A DNA stretch of 62,214 nt, counting the filler, from Candidatus Woesearchaeota archaeon (GTDB lineage: Archaea > Nanobdellota > Nanobdellia > Woesearchaeales > GCA-2687795), in NCBI GenBank assembly GCA_030753365.1. It is 5 parts of 5 records of this genome, joined end to end, with 100 filler letters (N's around TTAATTAATTAA, not from the genome) between each part and the next. Parts side by side here need not be neighbours in the genome. Positions count along the whole stretch, not along the records: positions 42,235 to 50,978 come from JASMCJ010000012.1; positions 51,079 to 58,930 come from JASMCJ010000013.1; 3 more parts are not named here. One strand, 5' to 3'. The notes beneath the pieces were generated by a model, which was not told the origin of the DNA, searched no databases, and saw only the letters and a list, made by a program, of their open reading frames with translations. Below, piece by piece: positions 48,782-57,448 of this stretch. The number at the start of each line of letters is the position of its first letter. Within the stretch, counting starts at the first letter, position 1. The position numbers and the translations under genes are program-made.

Positions 48782-50629
48782 TTAACGTATCTTTATCTCA
48801 ATTTTCTTTCCTTTAATCTTCCTTCTTCTTAATCTCACAGTATAAGCAAATAAGAATCCAAAGCAAAGCCCAAACAACAATGCATACAATACTTTTGTAT
48901 CAATCTGTGAAATCTTAAGGATATCTAAAGAATAAACATTCTTTCTCTCCTTGAAATATATGCCAAGATTACTCAGTTCTAATGCATACTCACTATACAA
49001 TAAAGCAGAATACATATCTGAATCCTTAAGGGACTCAGCATATTCATAATATGAATAACCCAATATAGGAAACATCTCTTCAGTTGATTTCGCTATATTA
49101 TTCTTAATAACCCCTAGCTTAATCTCCAATGCATCCCTTATCTGATCCTCATTCATACCCATAACACTCAAAATAACATTAGCAGATGCCTTTGCCTTGC
49201 TTGCCTTAAACAAGCAAAGCTCATAATCACCATTATTCATGTCTTCATATGCATAGTTAATCTCTTTTCTCGTGCTCTCAAGCAGTCCTGGATAAAACAA
49301 ACTAAAATATTGATACCTTTCTTCGCTTTCAGATATCTTTCTAAGACAAGACTCTTTAAGCAACTCCATATTAAACGAAAACTTTCCCTCTTTGCTTCCA
49401 AAGAATTTGCTCCATGAAAAAACAGAATAAATTCTCTCTGTGCCATATGCTAACTGATAGAAAGATTGCTGACTATCATTAATATTAAGCATACTATCAT
49501 CGAGATATTCTTCAGCCTCTATCATCCTTTCCTTCACCACCATATATGTTTCCAAATCTGTGATACTCTTTATCTCCTGTCTCTCTATACTAATGCTCAG
49601 ATTCTGCAGTTTTTCTTTCATTGAATAAACTATACTCAAAAACTCTTCATTAGAAAAATTTTGAAGATACAGTAATAAATATCCATACTTAACATTAGCT
49701 CCATAACAATAAGAAGCAGAGGAGTAATATCTTTGCTCTCTAAAAGCTTGTTTACTTCTCTCTGTCATATTTTTAGCATCTTTTTCAATATCTATATGAC
49801 TCTGTGTCTTATTAGTAATATCAAACTCCTGAATATTGTCTGATAGCTTCCTGCTTCTATTACATAATAGGTCAGCTAATGACATCATTGTTTCCTTATA
49901 ACTGGAATCAATACTAAGATCCTTTGCTGGTTCCTCAAGAAGTTCTCCTGTGAACTCATATACTGCTTCATTCAGTGTAGAAACCTCCTTAACTTCCAAA
50001 CCCTTTCTTCTGCCATATTCTATAATGTCAATAGTTCTATTCTTTGTCTCTTCAACCGTTTCATTGAACATATCAACTAAATCCTCAGAAAAATCAACCA
50101 AAAGTTCATCATCCTGCACAAACCTTTCCCCTTTGGGAATCAGCACCTTTTCAATACCATCAGAAGCTGCTGCATCCACCTTTGATTTTAACCCACCTAC
50201 AGGCCCTATAAGCCCCCCAGAATTAATGCTTCCAGTAATTGCTATCTTTTCATTTGGTTCAAGCCCTTTAAGCATAGCTGTTGTAAGTACAGCTATAGCC
50301 GCACCCGCTGAAGGTCCCCCTATAATAGCCGAATCAGCCTTAATTGTATAAATAAAATCTATACTGCTGCAATCCATATCAAGAAAATCACATACAATCT
50401 CTTTTGCAAACCTTGTTGATATCTGTGTATCAGACTTAGTAACAGGGAAAGTATCAATGAAAACTCTTCCATTTCCCTCTTTTAGCTCTGCATATAAGTC
50501 AGCAATACTACCCTTATACCCTGCTTCTGATTCACTTACAGCCAGCAGCTTTAGATGCCCTTGAGTAGCATTAACCATAGGCAAAACCAAAAGAATAACC
50601 AATGTTAGCATAAGCGCCTGTAGTCTCAT
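48782..50629 (-). CDS. Archaeal S16 (Lon-like) serine protease, membrane anchored
   Basis: GGPSAG, ITGSINSGGLIGPVGGLKSK; signal peptide and C-terminal TM. Confidence 0.9.
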   Translation of the reverse strand: MRLQALMLTLVILLVLPMVNATQGHLKLLAVSESEAGYKGSIADLYAELKEGNGRVFIDTFPVTKSDTQISTRFAKEIVCDFLDMDCSSIDFIYTIKADSAIIGGPSAGAAIAVLTTAMLKGLEPNEKIAITGSINSGGLIGPVGGLKSKVDAAASDGIEKVLIPKGERFVQDDELLVDFSEDLVDMFNETVEETKNRTIDIIEYGRRKGLEVKEVSTLNEAVYEFTGELLEEPAKDLSIDSSYKETMMSLADLLCNRSRKLSDNIQEFDITNKTQSHIDIEKDAKNMTERSKQAFREQRYYSSASYCYGANVKYGYLLLYLQNFSNEEFLSIVYSMKEKLQNLSISIERQEIKSITDLETYMVVKERMIEAEEYLDDSMLNINDSQQSFYQLAYGTERIYSVFSWSKFFGSKEGKFSFNMELLKESCLRKISESEERYQYFSLFYPGLLESTRKEINYAYEDMNNGDYELCLFKASKAKASANVILSVMGMNEDQIRDALEIKLGVIKNNIAKSTEEMFPILGYSYYEYAESLKDSDMYSALLYSEYALELSNLGIYFKERKNVYSLDILKISQIDTKVLYALLFGLCFGFLFAYTVRLRRRKIKGKKIEIKIR

Positions 50630-50755
50630 AAAAACTCTACTATCACAGAGGGTATATAATTCTTTTCTAGGAGTATATACTACTTGCCAATAACTAAAAC
50701 CGAAAGATTTATATATAAGATATTGTCACTTTTAAGTAATCATTATGCTGTCAAA

Positions 50756-50978
50756 ATGAAAAGAAAAACAAGTACTAAAAAGCCAGTAAAAAGGGCAAAA
50801 ATAGCTAGCAAAAAGGCTAAAATAAAAGCTTCTAAAACCCCAAAAAGAGCTATTAAAGTACAGAATAAGCCTATTAAAAAGCAGAAGTCTATTAAGAAAC
50901 AGGTTAGAACACAGAAAAAGACTTCTAAAATCCAGAAAAAATCTACAAAATCTCAAAAAAAGATTGAATTAGATGAAA
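50756..50978 (+). CDS. Lys-rich N-terminus of a protein truncated by contig end
   Basis: MKRKTSTKKPVK..., open to the gap. Confidence 0.55.
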
Positions 50979-51078
50979 NNNNNNNNNNNNNNNNNNNNNN
51001 NNNNNNNNNNNNNNNNNNNNNNTTAATTAATTAANNNNNNNNNNNNNNNNNNNNNNNNNNNNNNNNNNNNNNNNNNNN
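50979..51078. other. Artificial contig linker
   Basis: N-run with TTAATTAATTAA. Confidence 0.99.
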
Positions 51079-51079
51079 C

Positions 51080-51340
51080 ATTTATACCGCGCAAGGGTTT
51101 GAATTTGATTATGTGGGAGTTATTGTTGGTGAAGACATAAAATATGATAAAGAAAAAGATTGTTTGGTTGGAAATCGAGAGGGAACAAAAGATCCAATCT
51201 TGAAAAGAAGTAAAGAAAATTTTGATAATTATGTTAAAAATATATATAGAGTTTTAATGTCACGAGGAATGAAAGGTTGTTATGTTTATTTTGTGGATAA
51301 GGATGTTGAAAAATTCTTTAAATCCAGATTAAAAAAATAA
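51080..51340 (+). CDS. C-terminal fragment of a DUF2075 (Schlafen-like helicase) protein
   Basis: IYTAQGFEFDYVGVI, KNIYRVLMSRGMKGCYVY. Confidence 0.85.
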   Translation: MYTAQGFEFDYVGVIVGEDIKYDKEKDCLVGNREGTKDPILKRSKENFDNYVKNIYRVLMSRGMKGCYVYFVDKDVEKFFKSRLKK

Positions 51341-51342
51341 TT

Positions 51343-51460
51343 AGTAAAAAGACTATCTGTCCGAAGGACAAAAAGCCCCCTCTTATAAATTTCTTTTACG
51401 AAGTAAAAGACTATATGTGCGTAGCACGGACTCTCCCTCTTTTGTTTCTTTTTCTAAAAG
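51343..51460. repeat. Degenerate ~59-bp tandem repeat with GNA-triloop hairpins
   Basis: AGTAAAA(A)GACTAT.TGT twice; TGTCC-GAA-GGACA, TCTTTTAC-GAA-GTAAAAGA, GTGC-GTA-GCAC. Confidence 0.65.
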
Positions 51461-51498
51461 AAAAATGCGATTTAGATTAGTGAAAATTTAATTGCGTA

Positions 51499-51538
51499 TA
51501 ACATCTTTTAAACGTATGATTTTGTTTAAAAGATGTTA
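51499..51538. repeat. Perfect 15-bp inverted repeat upstream of the integrase
   Basis: TAACATCTTTTAAAC-N10-GTTTAAAAGATGTTA. Confidence 0.85.
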
Positions 51539-51669
51539 ATTGACCAGTGGGTCTTGAGGGGAGACTGGCTGTAATACTGAAATTCTTCATAATTTGGTTT
51601 GCACTGGTCACTGGTCAGGTGCGGGTGAGATTTATATACTAGAAGTTCTGGAACTGTTTCTAGAAAGAG

Positions 51670-52554
51670 GTGTTGATAATGTATTTTAGATATTTTAAAC
51701 GAAAGAAAGGGCCAACAATAAAGCAAGTGGCTAGAAAGAGGTTTGAAAACTTTGTTTCAGAGCTGAGATTAAGATGTTTCAGTGAGAAAACTATTGATAC
51801 ATATACATATTATAATAACAAGTTCCTTGATTTCATTAAGAAAGAGCAGAGAAGCATAACGTCTAATGATATTAAGTCTTACCTCAATTCTCTTATTAAT
51901 AAAGACATTCAGCCAAGAACTGTTCGGATGGCATTGAATTCTATAAAAGCTTACTATGAAGGCTATTTAGGAAAGAAATTATTCAAGAATATTAAAAGCC
52001 CAAAAGTTTCAAAAGATTTGCCTCAGGTTCTGTCCAAAAATGAGATTAAAGCAATGATTGATAATACTAATTTTCTTAAGCATAGGTTGTTGATTGAGCT
52101 GCTATATTCCTCAGGAATAAGGGTTGGGGAATGTGTTAAAGTTGAAATTGATAATATCTACTTTGATGATAAAATTGTATTTATTAAAAATGGCAAAGGC
52201 AAGAAGGATAGGTTTACTATAACATCTAAAATATTTATTGGAGACTTGAATACTTATCTCAATCAAAGGAAAGAGCAGAAAAAATATCTTTTCGATGATG
52301 GTTATACTAACCATATATCTGTCAGAACAGCGGAAGAAATAGTTAAACTTGCAGCAAAGAGGGTAGACATCAGAAGAAGAGTTTACCCTCATTTACTAAG
52401 AGCAAGCTTTGCAACACATCTGATAGAGCATGGAACTCCCATTGAAAAAATTCAAAAACTCTTAGGTCATTCAAATATTGATACCACTATGGAATATATA
52501 GGGACAAGAACTGATGACCTTAAGATGATTAAGAGTCCTTTGGATAATTTGTAA
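51670..52554 (+). CDS. Tyrosine recombinase (XerA/integrase-like)
   Basis: YSSGIRVGE, GKGKKDR, HLLRASFATHL, LLGH, TTMEY; start may be the ATG at 51679. Confidence 0.95.
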   Translation: MLIMYFRYFKRKKGPTIKQVARKRFENFVSELRLRCFSEKTIDTYTYYNNKFLDFIKKEQRSITSNDIKSYLNSLINKDIQPRTVRMALNSIKAYYEGYLGKKLFKNIKSPKVSKDLPQVLSKNEIKAMIDNTNFLKHRLLIELLYSSGIRVGECVKVEIDNIYFDDKIVFIKNGKGKKDRFTITSKIFIGDLNTYLNQRKEQKKYLFDDGYTNHISVRTAEEIVKLAAKRVDIRRRVYPHLLRASFATHLIEHGTPIEKIQKLLGHSNIDTTMEYIGTRTDDLKMIKSPLDNL

Positions 52555-52577
52555 TAAAAGAAAAAAAAGAAAAAGAA

Positions 52578-52802
52578 TTAGTTAGGGTCTTGGAGCAATT
52601 GTAGCTTAAGACTCAATTCTTTTGCTATATACTTTCTTCTTTTGAGAAGTATATCGCAAGTTCTTTTGAAGGCAGCATGTATAATCTTATACTGATACTG
52701 TTTGCCTTTACTGGAATTTAAAGCAAAGTATATGCTTCTTTCCAGATTTGCTATTGTCAGAAAATCTTTTTCTGTCAATTCCAAAATTCTTTTTGTTTTC
52801 AT
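52578..52802 (-). CDS. Small hypothetical protein
   Basis: 74-aa ORF with GAGGTGA SD. Confidence 0.55.
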   Translation of the reverse strand: MKTKRILELTEKDFLTIANLERSIYFALNSSKGKQYQYKIIHAAFKRTCDILLKRRKYIAKELSLKLQLLQDPN

Positions 52803-53014
52803 TTAATTCACCTCAAATGTTTTTCTTTCCCTTTAAGGAGGGTAATCAATGTGATTTTCTATATACAATAGACAAACCAATTAATTCCCTGACTGTTATT
52901 TAGAACATTTGTGGTGTGAATGAAAACAAATCTGAAAGAAAGCTAAATATATTGCAAAACCTCTTCTCTCACGAAACCTTTAAATAGAAACTTATTCTCC
53001 TATAGAATAGTTTT

Positions 53015-53254
53015 GGGTCCGTAGCTCAGTCTGGAATGGGAAGTGATTCACTCGCTAACTCATGGATGATTGGAGCACCGGTCTTATATGGCCACCGTTG
53101 GTACAAACCTAAGAGAGTCGGCGGTCCAGGGTTCAAATACAGCTTTTTTGCTAAAGCAAAAAACTTGGGAAAATGCGGTTTGCTTTCCTTCGGGCGCAAA
53201 CCTTGTTTTTCTTCGGAAAAATCAAGAAAGCTGATGAAAGTCCCTGCGGACCCA
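53015..53254 (+). tRNA. tRNA-Ile(TAT) with three introns (53035-53069, 53089-53115, 53138-53240)
   Basis: Acceptor GGGTCCG/CGGACCC-A; BHB-type junctions at 19/20, 37/38 and 59/60; anticodon at 53085-53087. Confidence 0.9.
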
Positions 53255-53477
53255 TATTATACTCAGATTAGACCTATATTGTGTGATATATAGACCACAT
53301 AATAGGGATTAAGGGCTTTATTTCCGATACTTTTATAAACGGTTTTTAATTCCTTATATTATAAGAATATTACGTATTATCAGCACCTATAGAGGGAATT
53401 CAAATGAAAAACGCTAATAATATTCATACAGTGGCAATCTCTATGGGAATTAAGTTAAGTGAAGAAATCAAGTTAAG

Positions 53478-54446
53478 ATGCCTACAACAAGAAGTCCGAG
53501 AAAAGGAAGTCTGCAATATTGGCCGAGGAAGAGGGCCAGAAAACAGGCAGTTCGAGTTAAATGCTGGGCTAAACTTAGTGAAAAAGGAATTCTAGGATTT
53601 GCTGGTTACAAAGCAGGCATGACTCATATAACTTTTATTGATAATAATCCAAACTCACTAACAAAGGGGAAAGAGATTTCCTGTCCGGTGACAGTGATTG
53701 AATCCCCTCCCCTCAAAACTGCTTCTATAAGATTTTATAAACAAACATCATATGGCTTAAAAATTTGTTCTGAGATTTTTGCTGAAAAAGTTGATAAAGA
53801 ATTAGGCAGAAAGATAGTTCTTCCTAAGAAAAAAGCAGTATCTAAGGAAGTTACCGAATATGATGATTTGAGAATATTAGTTTACACACAACCAAAGCTT
53901 ACAGGCATAGGAAAGAAAAAGCCTGAAATTTTTGAGGTTGCTTTATCAGGCTCTAAAGAAGATCAGCTTACCCTTGCTAAAGAATCATTAGGCAAAGAAA
54001 TTGATGTCTCCTCGGTATTCAAGGAAACACAGTTAGTTGATGTGCATGCAGTAAGCAAAGGAAAAGGTTTTCAGGGTACTGTTAAAAGATTTGGCGTGTC
54101 TATAAGAGGCAGAAAATCTGAGAAAACAAAGAGAGGTCCCGGAAATGTTGGGCCTTGGACAGGCGCAAAAATGTGGAGAGTGCCTTACGCAGGTCAAACA
54201 GGATATCATACAAGAACAGAATATAATAAATTACTATTAAAAATTTCTACAAAGCCTGAAGAGATAAACCCTAAAGGCGGATTTCTTCATTATGGGTTTG
54301 TGAAAAATCCTTATATTTTATTGAAAGGAACCGTGCCAGGCCCTGCTAAAAGAATGATTAGATTTAACCAGCCTATCAGGGCAACCAAGAAATTGCTCTC
54401 GGAAAAGCCTGAAATAGTATATATAAGCCAGGAGTCAAAACAATAA
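53478..54446 (+). CDS. rpl3p: Ribosomal protein uL3
   Basis: PRKGSL, GYKAGMTH, KGKGFQG. Confidence 0.98.
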   Translation: MPTTRSPRKGSLQYWPRKRARKQAVRVKCWAKLSEKGILGFAGYKAGMTHITFIDNNPNSLTKGKEISCPVTVIESPPLKTASIRFYKQTSYGLKICSEIFAEKVDKELGRKIVLPKKKAVSKEVTEYDDLRILVYTQPKLTGIGKKKPEIFEVALSGSKEDQLTLAKESLGKEIDVSSVFKETQLVDVHAVSKGKGFQGTVKRFGVSIRGRKSEKTKRGPGNVGPWTGAKMWRVPYAGQTGYHTRTEYNKLLLKISTKPEEINPKGGFLHYGFVKNPYILLKGTVPGPAKRMIRFNQPIRATKKLLSEKPEIVYISQESKQ

Positions 54447-54458
54447 TAATAACTCAAA

Positions 54459-55265
54459 ATGGAACTTGATATTTTATCATTGGAAAACGGAAAAGTTGGC
54501 AAGATTAGTTTGCCTAAGCAGTTTAACGAAGATATAAGGCCAGACCTTATCAAAAGAGCTGTGTTATCTATTAGTTCACATAAAAGGCAGCCTTATGGAG
54601 CTAGCAAGCTTGCAGGGAAAAGAGCGTCTGCAGAAGTTTCCAGAAGGAGAAGAGAGTATAGAGGCTCTTATGGTATAGGAATATCAAGAGTTCCAAGGAA
54701 AGTTATGAGTAGAAGGGGAACAAGGATGAACTGGGTAGGCGCGTTTGCGTCTGGAACAGTAGGTGGTATGAGAGCACATCCTCCTAAAACTGATAAGATT
54801 TGGGCTCAAAAAGTTAATAAGAAAGAGAGAAGAATGGCAATAAGGTCAGCAATCTCTGCAACACTTGACAAAGAAAGTGTTAAAGGAAGAGGACATATTA
54901 TACCTGAGAATTATCCTTTTGTATTAGAATCCAAAATAGAATCTACAAGCAAGACAAGCGATGCGAAGAAAGTGCTTGAAAAGCTTGGATTTAAAGATGA
55001 ACTTAAAAGAGTCAGCGAGAAGAAAATCCGTGCAGGAAAGGGCAAGTCAAGAGGCAGAAAGTATAGAGTGAAAAGAGGTCCTCTATTAGTAGTTTCAGAT
55101 GAATGCAAACTGTTTAAGGCGCTTGCTAATATGCCAGGTGTGGAAGTGTGTAATGTTAAAACCCTTAACACAGAAATCCTTGCGCCAGGAGCTTTGCATG
55201 GAAGAATGACAATCTTTACTGACAAATCAATAAAAATACTTGAAGAGGGAAAGCTGTTTAGCTAA
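54459..55265 (+). CDS. rpl4p: Ribosomal protein uL4
   Basis: IRPDLIKRAV, GISRVPR, LAPG. Confidence 0.97.
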   Translation: MELDILSLENGKVGKISLPKQFNEDIRPDLIKRAVLSISSHKRQPYGASKLAGKRASAEVSRRRREYRGSYGIGISRVPRKVMSRRGTRMNWVGAFASGTVGGMRAHPPKTDKIWAQKVNKKERRMAIRSAISATLDKESVKGRGHIIPENYPFVLESKIESTSKTSDAKKVLEKLGFKDELKRVSEKKIRAGKGKSRGRKYRVKRGPLLVVSDECKLFKALANMPGVEVCNVKTLNTEILAPGALHGRMTIFTDKSIKILEEGKLFS

Positions 55266-55275
55266 TAATCTTAAA

Positions 55276-55536
55276 ATGGAATCAAGCACAGCAATAAAAT
55301 ATCCATTATCAACTGAGAAATCGCTTAGATTGATGGAACAAGAGAATAAGCTTATCTTTGCAGTAGATAGAGATGCAAACAAAAGCGATGTTAAGAAAGC
55401 AATAGAAGAAATGTTCAAAGTGAAAGTGCTTAAAGTTAATACGTATATAACCCCTAAAGGACAGAAAAGGGCATATGTCAAATTCAGCGACGAAACACCT
55501 GCCATTGATGTGGCAACTAATATGAATATTATGTAA
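55276..55536 (+). CDS. rpl23p: Ribosomal protein uL23
   Basis: YPLSTEKS, KVNT, KRAYVK. Confidence 0.96.
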   Translation: MESSTAIKYPLSTEKSLRLMEQENKLIFAVDRDANKSDVKKAIEEMFKVKVLKVNTYITPKGQKRAYVKFSDETPAIDVATNMNIM

Positions 55537-55540
55537 TAAA

Positions 55541-56254
55541 ATGGGAAAAAACCTTATACAGCAGAGAAGAGGAAGAGGAACGCCTACTTATAGGTCTTTA
55601 AAGCATAAATCTAAAGGAAAGACAGGCATGGTTAGTTTGACTGATCAAATTGTAGAAGGTAAGATAATAGATATTGTTGACTGTCCAAGCCATTCAGCTC
55701 CTTTGCTTAGGGTAAAATATGAAGCAGAGGAAAAGATTAGCATAGCTCCTGAGGGTGTGAAGGTAGGTGATTATATAAGTACAGGTAAAAGTGTAGCAGT
55801 AAAGCTTGGGAATACGTTACCATTATCACAGATTCCTGATGGAACATTTATTTATAATATTGAAAAAAACCCTGGAGATGGTGGTAAATTTGTAAAATCA
55901 TCAGGCGGATTTGCTAAAATTGTATCAAAAATGGCTGATAAAGTGATTGTAATGTTGCCTTCAAAGAAGCAGAAAGAGTTTAAGCTGAATTGTAGGGCAA
56001 GCATAGGCATAGTAGCTGGTGGGGGAAGACCTGAAAAGCCTTTCCTGAAAGCAGGCAATAAATATTATGCTATGAAAGCTAAAAATAAATTATATCCTCA
56101 TGTTAGCGGTGTATCAATGAACGCTGTAGATCATCCATTTGGTGGTTCAAGCTCGTCTCATAAGGGAATACCTACACAGTCAGGAAGGAATGATCCTCCT
56201 GGAAGGAAAGTTGGTATGCTGTCACCAAGGAGCACAGGCAGGAAAAAACGTTAA
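55541..56254 (+). CDS. rpl2p: Ribosomal protein uL2
   Basis: MGKNLIQQRRG, MNAVDHPFGG. Confidence 0.98.
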   Translation: MGKNLIQQRRGRGTPTYRSLKHKSKGKTGMVSLTDQIVEGKIIDIVDCPSHSAPLLRVKYEAEEKISIAPEGVKVGDYISTGKSVAVKLGNTLPLSQIPDGTFIYNIEKNPGDGGKFVKSSGGFAKIVSKMADKVIVMLPSKKQKEFKLNCRASIGIVAGGGRPEKPFLKAGNKYYAMKAKNKLYPHVSGVSMNAVDHPFGGSSSSHKGIPTQSGRNDPPGRKVGMLSPRSTGRKKR

Positions 56255-56262
56255 ACTAAGGA

Positions 56263-56667
56263 ATGATTACAATGAAAAAAGAATTCACATACAAAGGAAA
56301 AACATTGGAAGAAATAAAAGCGTTTAGCATAAAAGAGTTAGCTGACATCATGCCTGCAAGGCAGAGAAGGTCATTATTAAGAGGATTCACTGATGCACAA
56401 AAAATCTTATTAGCAGAAGTAAAGAAGCATAATGAAGGAAAATCAAAGAAAACAATCAAAACGCATTGCAGAGATATGATGGTGCTGCCTAACATGGTTG
56501 GAATGGATATACTTGTTTATAGTGGAAAAGTTTTCGATCAGGTTAATGTTCAGGAAAATATGATAGGCCATTTGCTTGGCGAATTTGTGTTAACAAGGAA
56601 AAGAGGAACACATTCAGCTCCAGGAGTAGGAGCAACCAGGTCAAGCGCGAGCGTATCAGTGAAATAA
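56263..56667 (+). CDS. rps19p: Ribosomal protein uS19
   Basis: PARQRRSL, KTHCRDM, MIGHLLGEF. Confidence 0.97.
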   Translation: MITMKKEFTYKGKTLEEIKAFSIKELADIMPARQRRSLLRGFTDAQKILLAEVKKHNEGKSKKTIKTHCRDMMVLPNMVGMDILVYSGKVFDQVNVQENMIGHLLGEFVLTRKRGTHSAPGVGATRSSASVSVK

Positions 56668-56683
56668 GCAGAGAGACATTAAA

Positions 56684-57448
56684 ATGTATAACTATTCATC
56701 AAAATATGATAAGGAAAGCATGTCAAGAGCTTTTGGTAGAAGTCTGCCTATTTCAACAAAGAAAAGTATTGAAATATGTAACTTCATTAGGCATATGAAT
56801 GTAACAAAGGCGAAAGAAGTGTTGGAAGCTGTAATAGTTAAGAAGGTGGCTATTCCTTTCAAGAGATTTAACATGGACATGGGACATAAAACAGGCATAG
56901 GGCCAGGAAGATATCCTATTAAAACTTCACAGGAAATATTAGACTTATTAAAATCAGCTGAAAGCAATGCAATTTCAAATGAAATGAACAAGGATAATCT
57001 TGTTATATCTCATATTAGCGCTCAGATGGCATCAGCGCCGTGGCATGCTGGAAGACAGAGAAGAAGAAAAGCCAAAAGGACACACATAGAAGTTGTTGTG
57101 GAAGAAAGTAAACAGGATAAGGCTAAGCAAAGCAAGGATAAAAAAGGAGAAGCTAAACCAACTGAGCAGAAACCATCTATAAGCGATAAGGTTGACAAAG
57201 AAGTTGGTAAGATGGTTCAGGATGTGAAAGATCATGAAAGTGGGGAAGATAAGAAGAAAAGTGCTGAATTCATAATCGATGAAGTAAAAAAACAGGAAAA
57301 AATCGGGAAAGAGAAAAAGAAAATAGTGCAGGAAAAAGTAAAGCAGGAGAAACCTGAAGAAAAGGCAGCAGTTAGTGAAGAGAAGCCTAAAAGCAATGGT
57401 AAAGCTGCAAATGCTGACAATAGTCAAAAGGAAGAAGATAGAAAATGA
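56684..57448 (+). CDS. rpl22p: Ribosomal protein uL22 with ~115-aa tail
   Basis: ISTKKSIEIC, GRYP, THIEVVV. Confidence 0.96.
   Translation: MYNYSSKYDKESMSRAFGRSLPISTKKSIEICNFIRHMNVTKAKEVLEAVIVKKVAIPFKRFNMDMGHKTGIGPGRYPIKTSQEILDLLKSAESNAISNEMNKDNLVISHISAQMASAPWHAGRQRRRKAKRTHIEVVVEESKQDKAKQSKDKKGEAKPTEQKPSISDKVDKEVGKMVQDVKDHESGEDKKKSAEFIIDEVKKQEKIGKEKKKIVQEKVKQEKPEEKAAVSEEKPKSNGKAANADNSQKEEDRK

Noticed and set aside
53036..53293. 85-aa ORF
   Set aside because: Coincides with the intron-containing tRNA-Ile
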